Shown here: one piece after another, positions 56,868 through 64,000 of the stretch | How the letters are laid out: each line of letters starts with the position of its first letter | Position numbering within the stretch: position 1 is the stretch's first letter | Assembly: GCA_963808235.1 (NCBI GenBank) | Contig: CAWEEQ010000004.1 | Coordinates: 1,280,001-1,344,000 of the forward strand | Source: an uncultured delta proteobacterium | GTDB taxonomy: Bacteria; Desulfobacterota; Binatia; Binatales; Binataceae | DNA: 64,000 nt | Direction: 5' to 3' | Notes under the pieces: generated by a model | Told to the model about the DNA's origin: nothing | Databases searched by the model: none | What the model saw: the letters and a program-made list of their open reading frames with translations, nothing else | Position numbers and translations under genes: made by a program

Positions 56868-58145
56868 GTGAATGAGACCGTTTTGGTGGTGGATGATGAG
56901 GAGCGGATTCGGTCGTCAATTCGTGGAATCTTAAGCGACGAAGGCTTTCGCGTCGTCGATACCGGCAACGCGCCGACCGTGATGGACCTTATCGCGCGAG
57001 AGAATCCGGCCATCGTCCTGCTCGACGTATGGATGCCGGACATGGACGGCATCGAGCTGCTCCGCCGGATCAAAGCCGAGCAGCCACGCGTCCCGGTGAT
57101 CATGATCTCGGGCCACGCCAACATTCAGAACGCGGTCGCCGCCACCAAGCTCGGCGCCGCCGACTTTATCCAGAAACCATTTTCCGTCAGCGGATTGCTC
57201 GCGTCGATTGCTCGCGCGCTCGAAGGCGATTCCACCGGCCCCGACTCGTCGGACGCGGGCGGACGTAAGCTCGCGACCGGCGCGACCGCACGCAATGCGT
57301 TAGGCGCCGGCGCGATTCCTCAGCGCACCATCGCGCGTTCGATCGTGATGGGCGGGCAGGGGCTTCATTCCGGCCTCAAGACCGGCGTCATACTGCATCC
57401 GGCCCCGGCCGGATCCGGAATCGCGTTCTCGTCGCTTGCTGACGAAACTACGATCGCGGTGCGATTCGAGAACGTCAGCGACACCGGCTACAACACCACG
57501 CTCACCAGCGGCGGGCGCTCGGTCCGGACCGTGGAACATCTTCTTTCCGCTCTTCACGCATTCGGGATCACCAATCTACTGGTCAAGACCGACGACGAAG
57601 TCCCGGCGCTCGACGGCTCGGCGCTCGAGTTCTGCAAACAGATCGGCGAGGCTGGACTCACCGACCAGGAAACGACTGTGGTGCCGATTACGATCCAAAA
57701 GAAGATCGTCATCGGTTCGGAAGGCATTGGCCGCGAGTTCATCAGGGCCGAGCCCGCCGACCATCTGATCATCGACTACACTCTCGACTATCCGAATCCG
57801 ATCGGCGTGCAGCAGGTGCATTTCGAGCTGACTTCTGTCGATGCCTACGCGCGCGAGATTGCACCCGCACGCACCTTCAGCCTGGTGCGCGAGTTCCGCA
57901 AGCTCACCGAGATGGGCCTCGGGAACGGCGGCCGCCTCGACAATTTGATCCTGGTTGACGATGAAAAAGTCGTGAACACCGCGCTCCGCTTCCCCGACGA
58001 ATTCGCGCGTCACAAGATTCTCGATTTGATCGGCGATCTCTACCTGCTCGGCCGCCCGCTCCATGCTCACGTCACGGCATCGAAGACCGGCCACTCCGAC
58101 AACCTCGCACTAGTAAAAGCAATCCGCACCTCGCTGGGCAGCTGA
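56868..58145 (+). CDS. lpxC: Receiver domain-LpxC fusion (UDP-3-O-acyl-GlcNAc deacetylase)
   Basis: REC: VVDDE, LLDVWMPDMDG, MISGH, FIQKPF; LpxC: QRTI, GLHSG, RTVEHLLSAL, EVPALDGSA, IAPARTF, RHKILDLIGDL, KTGH. Confidence 0.92.
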   Translation: MNETVLVVDDEERIRSSIRGILSDEGFRVVDTGNAPTVMDLIARENPAIVLLDVWMPDMDGIELLRRIKAEQPRVPVIMISGHANIQNAVAATKLGAADFIQKPFSVSGLLASIARALEGDSTGPDSSDAGGRKLATGATARNALGAGAIPQRTIARSIVMGGQGLHSGLKTGVILHPAPAGSGIAFSSLADETTIAVRFENVSDTGYNTTLTSGGRSVRTVEHLLSALHAFGITNLLVKTDDEVPALDGSALEFCKQIGEAGLTDQETTVVPITIQKKIVIGSEGIGREFIRAEPADHLIIDYTLDYPNPIGVQQVHFELTSVDAYAREIAPARTFSLVREFRKLTEMGLGNGGRLDNLILVDDEKVVNTALRFPDEFARHKILDLIGDLYLLGRPLHAHVTASKTGHSDNLALVKAIRTSLGS

Positions 58146-58200
58146 CCCGCGCGCAAACAGCCGCATGCGATCCCGGATCGCCATGAACCCCAACGCGATT

Positions 58201-58238
58201 GTTCCCCTTCCCTCGAGTGAAGGGGTTAGGGATTAGGT
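58201..58238. repeat. REP-like palindromic repeat, copy 2
   Basis: GTTCCCCTTCCCTCGAGTGAAGGGGTTAGGGATTAGG, two mismatches to the 18674 copy. Confidence 0.7.
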
Positions 58239-58270
58239 TTGCTCGCGCTGGTGCCCCTGCAAACCTCAAC

Positions 58271-59002
58271 ATGGATCTCAAAGGAAAAGTCGCGATAGTC
58301 ACCGGCGCAAGCCGCAGAATCGGCCGCGCAATCGCACTAGAAGTAGCCGCGCACGGCGCAGCGATCGCAGTCCACTACCGATCCTCGCACGCCGAGGCGG
58401 ACGCAGTCGTCGCCGAGATCGCGCGCAAACGCGGCAAGGCGCATGCATTCCACGCCAATCTCCAAAATGTTTCCGAGATCGAGAAGATGGTCACCGACGT
58501 GCTCGCATCGTTCGGCCGAATCGACGTGCTCGTCAACTCGGCCTCGGTCTTCACGCGCAAGCCGCTCGAGGAAATCACTGAGCGCGATTGGGACTCGAAC
58601 CTCGACACCAACTTGAAGGCGCCATTCTTTCTATCCAAGTTCGCGGGCGCCGCGATGCGTAAGCAAGGCGCAGGCAAAATCGTCAACATCGGCGATTGGG
58701 CCGGCATCCGCCCGTACAAGGACTACTTGCCGTACAGCGTCTCCAAAAATGGGTTGATAGGCCTCACCCAGGCGATGGCCAAGGCGCTCGCACCCCAAGT
58801 TCAAGTCAACTGCATCGCGCTCGGCCTCGTGATGCCGCCCGAGGAGTACAGCAAAGACGAAGTCGCGCGCCTGGTAAGTCGCACCTTGACCAAAAAAATG
58901 GGCTCGCCGGAGGACGTCGCGCGCGCTGTGATCTTTTTCTGCGAGACCGACTTTGCGACCGGCGCCACCCTGGCCCTCGAAGGCGGCCGCCTCCTCAGTT
59001 AG
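58271..59002 (+). CDS. SDR, pteridine reductase/FolM-like
   Basis: VTGASRRIG, IAVHYRSS, LVNSASVF, YSVSK, LAPQVQVN. Confidence 0.85.
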   Translation: MDLKGKVAIVTGASRRIGRAIALEVAAHGAAIAVHYRSSHAEADAVVAEIARKRGKAHAFHANLQNVSEIEKMVTDVLASFGRIDVLVNSASVFTRKPLEEITERDWDSNLDTNLKAPFFLSKFAGAAMRKQGAGKIVNIGDWAGIRPYKDYLPYSVSKNGLIGLTQAMAKALAPQVQVNCIALGLVMPPEEYSKDEVARLVSRTLTKKMGSPEDVARAVIFFCETDFATGATLALEGGRLLS

Positions 59003-59868
59003 CCCAGATCGCGGAGAATCTCTCTAGCGGTGGACATCCAGTAGGCGGTCCATGCCGGAGGGTGATGACGAATCGACCAATCCACCTGCCGGACGATCAT
59101 GTGCGCCAAATAGACCGTGAGCGCGTCATGTCCCGAGTGATCGATCACCTCGCGCCAAAGCGGATCTCGCACTTCTCGATTGCCGTACGAATAGAAAAGA
59201 AAAGTTGCCAGATCGAAGCCCCGATCGCCGGCACATACGCCGTCCCAATCGATCACGCCCGTGACATATTCTCCATCATTGAGCACGTTGCCCGGATTGA
59301 AATCCCAATGAACGATGTCGCCGGTGATGAATATCCCGTTCGCGTGGCGGACGACCAATTCCTGAACTGTCTCGAGCAGCGCCGCGCTCTCCGCGGAGTA
59401 GTCGCGCAGCGTGTCGATGACGCAGTACCGCTCGAAGCCTTTCAGCACACCGTCGATCACTCGGCCCGGCCACTCCGGCGGCAGGTCGCCGGCGAGCCCG
59501 GCCTGAATACGATTGATCGCGATCAATTCGCGAACCATCGAGGGTGTGATCGTCTGGCTCGGGCGCCCCGGCATCATCGCCTGAATCGAGTACTTAGTGC
59601 CGGCATCGTCGCCGACGCATACATACAAGGGAGCTGGATATCCGGCTTCTCGCAGGCGTTTCGTGCTCTGTTGAGCTTCTTCCGAGCGGGTTTCCGTGCC
59701 GTACCCGAACTTCAGAACAAATCGTTCGCCGACCCCGTCGGTGAGGATATAAGCGGCGTGGCTCTCTCCCATTTCGATGCGATCGCGCAGAGTAAACGCG
59801 GTACGATGGCGCGAATTTATCTCCGCGACGAGTGCGTCGACGTCAACTGGATTTCCATCCGAGGGCAT
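58999..59868 (-). CDS. Aminoglycoside phosphotransferase/kinase-like family protein
   Basis: FVLK, VHWDFNPGNVL, GVIDWD. Confidence 0.85.
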   Translation of the reverse strand: MPSDGNPVDVDALVAEINSRHRTAFTLRDRIEMGESHAAYILTDGVGERFVLKFGYGTETRSEEAQQSTKRLREAGYPAPLYVCVGDDAGTKYSIQAMMPGRPSQTITPSMVRELIAINRIQAGLAGDLPPEWPGRVIDGVLKGFERYCVIDTLRDYSAESAALLETVQELVVRHANGIFITGDIVHWDFNPGNVLNDGEYVTGVIDWDGVCAGDRGFDLATFLFYSYGNREVRDPLWREVIDHSGHDALTVYLAHMIVRQVDWSIRHHPPAWTAYWMSTAREILRDLG

Positions 59869-59889
59869 CTATTCAGACTCTATTCCTGA

Positions 59890-60951
59890 CTACGGAGCAG
59901 GGGGCGGCGGCTCTTCTTTCGGAGGATTTTTGAATTCGATCTTCGCAGTCTTGGCGAGCTTTTTCAGAAGCGCCTTCACGACTTCGTTCTGATTGTAGTC
60001 AAGCAGGACCATCGCGACTTTGGCCTTCACTTCAGGGAGCGGCGAGATCGATTCGCCGCGCCGCGCCACCACCTTGATAAAGCTGAAGCCGAGATTCGAC
60101 TGCACGATTTGCGTTGTTTGTCCGACCGGCGTCGCGAACACCATCTTGTCCACGACCGGCGGGAGCTGCCCGGGCCGGAAGTAACCGAGGTCTCCGCCTT
60201 TCGCGGCCGACTGCGTGTCCTCTGAATTCTTTTGCGCAAGCGCCGCGAAGTCTTTGCTCTTCTGCGCTTCTTTGTAGAGCTTCAGGATCTTATCCTCGGC
60301 CGCTTTCTTCTGCGCGTCGGTTGCCTTGGGTGGAATCTTCACCGCGATATGCGCGATTTGCACCTCGCCCGGATCCTTCACGAACAAGTCGTGATGCTCC
60401 TCGTAGTATTGCTTGATTTGCGCGTCGGTCGGCTGCACATGATGCGCCCGGAATTCGTCGTCGAGCATTTTTTCGATCAACATCGATCCGCGCACCGCGT
60501 TCATCAGTTGCGCGTCGGGAGCACCGCCGGTGTTGACCGCCGCGCCGCTCGCGCCGGCGACCTGGAACTCGCGCGCGCGCTGCGCCACTTCGCCGTCGGA
60601 CACCGTGATCTTGCGCCGCGCCGCCTCCTGCAAAAGAAGACGCCGGCCAACCAGGTTTTCCGCCGCGTCGCGAAAGACCGCCTTGGTTTCCTCGGTGCTG
60701 GTGGCGTTGAGCATCTTCTCCTCGGTCTTCGCATAGTCGGAGACTTCCGCCGCCGTTATCGGCGCGCCGTTAACCGTGACTACGACCGGATCTTTTGGAT
60801 CGGGCTTGACGAGCGGAATTATGCCCAGGAAGCGCTGTTCCCAACTGAGACCCGATTGCCCCAGCTGAGCGCGGATCGGCGGGACGCTTGCAACCGCAAT
60901 GGCAAACGCCACAATCAGAACTGCGAGCGATCTTCGGCAAATGCCCATCAA
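59890..60951 (-). CDS. SurA/PrsA-like parvulin peptidyl-prolyl isomerase
   Basis: Signal peptide, VVTVNG, AHIAV, FAALAQKNSED..SAAKGGDLGYF. Confidence 0.9.
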   Translation of the reverse strand: MMGICRRSLAVLIVAFAIAVASVPPIRAQLGQSGLSWEQRFLGIIPLVKPDPKDPVVVTVNGAPITAAEVSDYAKTEEKMLNATSTEETKAVFRDAAENLVGRRLLLQEAARRKITVSDGEVAQRAREFQVAGASGAAVNTGGAPDAQLMNAVRGSMLIEKMLDDEFRAHHVQPTDAQIKQYYEEHHDLFVKDPGEVQIAHIAVKIPPKATDAQKKAAEDKILKLYKEAQKSKDFAALAQKNSEDTQSAAKGGDLGYFRPGQLPPVVDKMVFATPVGQTTQIVQSNLGFSFIKVVARRGESISPLPEVKAKVAMVLLDYNQNEVVKALLKKLAKTAKIEFKNPPKEEPPPPAP

Positions 60952-61067
60952 TTCAAAACTCCCAATGCCGCGATGCGATGAACTCGTATACTCACCCGCG
61001 TCCGCGCGTCAAGACACTGTTTCGGCTGCGCCGCGCATTGCGCTCGAACCTGCGTGAGCGATCCCCG

Positions 61068-61253
61068 ATGGCCCAACTGCGCACCGTAAGCATCGTCTTC
61101 GCAGCCATCGCGAGCGTCTTTGCGCTGGTCTCAGGAGTCATCTTATTTTTTGTGATCGAGCCGCCGTTTCTCGCGTCGATTTTTCTGGCCTCGGCGCTGA
61201 TCTCGATCGCGTGCTTCGTGCTCGCCGGCCTCGCATCCTACTTTGGCCCATGA
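61068..61253 (+). CDS. Small two-TM hypothetical membrane protein
   Basis: 61 aa, two hydrophobic segments; fills the gap between two genes. Confidence 0.45.
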   Translation: MAQLRTVSIVFAAIASVFALVSGVILFFVIEPPFLASIFLASALISIACFVLAGLASYFGP

Positions 61254-62038
61254 GCTTGCGTCGATGTGCCCCGCGGGACCGCCGCAGGAGCGTACCCGGT
61301 TCGACACGGCGGCCCGGGTGCGAAGAAGTGCGCGACCTCCGGCGTATCCGCCCGCATGAAAATCATGCTTGACGATCGGGTGCCGTAGTTCTCGACGTGC
61401 AGGCAAAGCGCGTTGGGCCGGCCGCCCGCGGCGATGCCGATTCGTGAGTCGAGCTGCGTGTTGTGATCCGCGAGCAGCCGGCCAAGCGCCGCTCGATTCG
61501 CAACCGGATACGCCTGGAACTCCGCGTTGGCCCCAAGTTTCGCGAACTTGCCGTACGACGCACTGATCTTCGGACACTCGAAGTCGTCCACGTCGAGGTT
61601 CGAAAGCAGATGAAGTCCCGGCCGCAGCGCGACGACTTCGATAGCCTCGCCGCGGTTGTATGCAACGAACGCATGGCTGCGCGATACCATCAGCAGGTTG
61701 AATGGATTGTAGTCCGAGCCGCGTTGAGCGGCGGCGAACTCCGCCGCTTCGCCCGCACTGCGGCATCGCAGCGCGTCGAGGCATAGCAGTCCGCGCGATC
61801 GCGCCTGCGGATTAGCGCCACCCTCGGCGCGCCGATTCAGCAGCCCGGCCACGACTCCATGCTCACTGATTCCGAGCCACGTTCCGCCCGCCTTCAAATC
61901 CTTTCCACCAACTACATGCGGATTCTCGCACAGCGTAGTCGGATCGTCCGCGGGCCGATCTAGAAACTCGTCGCGATTCGCGGCGATCACGACCGGGTAA
62001 TCGCGCGTTGTCTGAAAGTAAATCGCAAGCGTGCACAT
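61238..62038 (-). CDS. NRDE/TANGO2 family protein
   Basis: MCT start, AANRDEF, GGTWLG, SRGLL, YNPFNL, YGTRSS. Confidence 0.9.
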   Translation of the reverse strand: MCTLAIYFQTTRDYPVVIAANRDEFLDRPADDPTTLCENPHVVGGKDLKAGGTWLGISEHGVVAGLLNRRAEGGANPQARSRGLLCLDALRCRSAGEAAEFAAAQRGSDYNPFNLLMVSRSHAFVAYNRGEAIEVVALRPGLHLLSNLDVDDFECPKISASYGKFAKLGANAEFQAYPVANRAALGRLLADHNTQLDSRIGIAAGGRPNALCLHVENYGTRSSSMIFMRADTPEVAHFFAPGPPCRTGYAPAAVPRGTSTQAHGPK

Positions 62039-62256
62039 CCAGATAAAGTTGGCAGCCCCGCGCCCCCTCCGCAATCTACTAATAGTCTCGTTCTGACCGG
62101 CAGAGGCCACGACTCATCGCGTAGCGCACTAGCGAAAAACGAATGGCGAATGAGGGTCCACATTCCAGGTTCTGCGCCCAGACCGAGGTTGGCCCCTGCC
62201 TTTCCCCGACCGAGAGCAAAATACCGTCCGCGGGATTTTGCGATTGAATGGACGAT

Positions 62257-62294
62257 GGGTGCAGGGGTCACCCCTGCCGCCCCGCGCGCAGCGG
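62257..62294 (-). repeat. Short degenerate arm of the paired repeat family
   Basis: TGGGTGCAGGGGTCACCCCTGCCGCC. Confidence 0.7.
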
Positions 62295-62367
62295 TCCGAA
62301 TCCTCAAAATCTACACATCTTTGCACGACCCGACCGGAGGTCTGCCCGGTTTTGCTAGAATTAAACC

Positions 62368-63585
62368 GTGAGAATAGGCGAGCGTTTCGACCTGATCGTC
62401 ATCGGCGCCGGCGTCGTCGGCAGCTCCGTCGCGATGGGCCTCGCCGAGCGCGGACTCAAGACGCTCACCGTCGATATCGATTTGAGCGGGCGCCTCAGCT
62501 CCAGCGAGAAGAACGCGGGCGGCGTGCGCGCGACATGGTGGCAGCGCGTCAACATCGCGCTATGCCGCGCGTCGATCGAATACTACGATCGCATCCGCGA
62601 CGAGGTTGGCTTCCGCCAGAAAGGCTACCTGTGGCTCTACGATGATCAGACCTTCCCGCGCGCCCAGGAGCACCTGCCGCTACAGCGCGAACTCGGCCAT
62701 CCGATCGAGACGCTCACGCCTGCCGAAGTCGCTCGCCGCTTCTCCGAGATCGACAAGCTCGAGGGAGTCGCCGGCGCGACTTTCTCTCCTGAGGACGGAC
62801 TCATCAATCCCAACTTGCTGAAGGAGCACTATCGCCATCGCGCGTTGAAACACGGCGCGCAGTTTCTCGATCGCTCCTACGTGGTCGGCTTCGATGTGAC
62901 CGCGACGGGCGTGCGTCTGGAATGCTGGCAGTCGGACGAACCGCTAACCGACGAGGGGCTGGTCCGCCTGATGACCCAGGATGGCCCGGGCGACGCGGCA
63001 CCGGGACGCATCTTCGAGCTGGTCGCGGACTCGATCGTTCTCGCGAGCGGCGCATGGTCGCCGTCGGCTCTCAGAGCCCTCAAGCTGCGCAACTACACCG
63101 AGCCGATCCGCCGCCAAATCTGCCTCGTCGACAATCGCACGACCAACCTCGCGAACTACGGGATGATCGTCGATACCTCGGGCGTGTACTTTCACAACGA
63201 GGGCCCGCACATCCTCGCCGGATACTCGCCGCCCGACGAGCCGGCCGGTTATCACTTCAACTACGACGGCGAACCGTTTTTCCAAAATGAAATCTGGCCG
63301 CACCTGTTCGCGCGGATGTCCTCGATGGAACGTCTGCGCCACGTCACCGGATGGGCCGGCCTGTACGAAGTCAGTCCCGACCGCAGCGCAATCGTCGGCC
63401 GCGCCGCACCACGCGTCTACGAGGCGCACTCGTTCAGCGGACGCGGCGTGATGCAATCCTACGGAGCAGGGCAGGCCCTCGCCGAGCTAATCGCTCACGG
63501 CAAGTACGGCGTGCTCGACGCATCCGCTCTATCCCGCGACCGCTTCGCGCGCGGCGAGCAAGTCTTTGAAGAACTCCACATCTGA
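62368..63585 (+). CDS. FAD-dependent oxidoreductase (DAO/sarcosine oxidase beta-like)
   Basis: VIGAGVVG, NAGGVR, WAGLYEVSPD, FSGRGVM. Confidence 0.9.
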   Translation: MRIGERFDLIVIGAGVVGSSVAMGLAERGLKTLTVDIDLSGRLSSSEKNAGGVRATWWQRVNIALCRASIEYYDRIRDEVGFRQKGYLWLYDDQTFPRAQEHLPLQRELGHPIETLTPAEVARRFSEIDKLEGVAGATFSPEDGLINPNLLKEHYRHRALKHGAQFLDRSYVVGFDVTATGVRLECWQSDEPLTDEGLVRLMTQDGPGDAAPGRIFELVADSIVLASGAWSPSALRALKLRNYTEPIRRQICLVDNRTTNLANYGMIVDTSGVYFHNEGPHILAGYSPPDEPAGYHFNYDGEPFFQNEIWPHLFARMSSMERLRHVTGWAGLYEVSPDRSAIVGRAAPRVYEAHSFSGRGVMQSYGAGQALAELIAHGKYGVLDASALSRDRFARGEQVFEELHI

Positions 63586-63591
63586 TCGCGA

Positions 63592-64000
63592 TTAGCGATC
63601 AGCGCGCGCGGTCGTGGGCTCGAGATCCTGGTCGAGGAACGGCCGGACTGCCTGGTCGATCTGCTCGGCCTCGCCGTCGCCCGGGACACTGATATGGTCG
63701 GTGCCCTCGATGGGTACCAGCCGGGCTCCCGGAATGAGAGACGCCAAGTCAGTAGCCGCAATGAAGGGCACCACCTGATCACCGCGGATCTGGATTATCA
63801 GCGTGGGCTCCTTGATTTGACGAGCGAGCGCGCTGACGTCGACATTGTTGACAGCCGACAGGAACGCATCGACATCCTCCGGTGTCCCGGAGATTCGCCC
63901 CATCTCGTCGAGGAACCGCTTATCAACCTCGCTCCCATTGGGCATCAGGAGGTTGGTAAACAGGTCGCGGTAGGCGGGATTGTTCCATCCGCCTTTCACC
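63592..64000 (-). CDS. Alpha/beta hydrolase C-terminal part (5' beyond window)
   Basis: PTLIIQIRGDQVVP, LASLIPGARLVPIEGTDH. Confidence 0.75.
   Translation of the reverse strand, partial: VKGGWNNPAYRDLFTNLLMPNGSEVDKRFLDEMGRISGTPEDVDAFLSAVNNVDVSALARQIKEPTLIIQIRGDQVVPFIAATDLASLIPGARLVPIEGTDHISVPGDGEAEQIDQAVRPFLDQDLEPTTARADR

Noticed and set aside
58999-59868. Antibiotic resistance gene
   Set aside because: Only generic APH/kinase-like motifs, with no mobile context; substrate cannot be inferred.

Overview
GC-rich bacterial chromosome segment, mostly housekeeping and metabolic genes. The gene content resembles Deltaproteobacteria-like lineages, possibly Ca. Binatota (inference only). Core genes: rimO (partial), dksA-like, uvrC, comEC, hisS-aspS, ald, gcvH, tRNA-Leu(CAG), valS-nadC-birA-EF-G paralog, surA/prsA-like PPIase. 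Two loci stand out. (1) An NtrY-type sensor kinase is followed by a single ORF fusing an intact NtrX-like receiver domain to a catalytically intact LpxC (54594-58145), suggesting direct phosphorylation control of the committed step of lipid A synthesis. (2) A TetR-led minus-strand operon (12900->2226) carries a HAD phosphatase, a LarA-fold protein and an ElbD-type reductase/acyl-CoA ligase/ACP/acyltransferase enzyme (myxobacterial ether-lipid architecture), extended by a CX5R phosphatase, a Pcs-like CDP-alcohol phosphotransferase and an unknown two-domain protein. Also present: a candidate five-hairpin sRNA with C-rich anti-SD loops (about 17366-17525, minus strand), a modular REPIN/MITE-like repeat family (two paired elements, several single arms, two copies supplying gene stop codons), a secreted collagen-like protein with 6x54-bp tandem repeats, and a compositionally foreign valS 3' end. 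At least seven single-base frameshifts in six unrelated genes, plus a possible one at the birA start, point to assembly indels rather than pseudogenes. No CRISPR array, rRNA, integrase or transposase was seen. All family calls come from motif recognition, not database searches.
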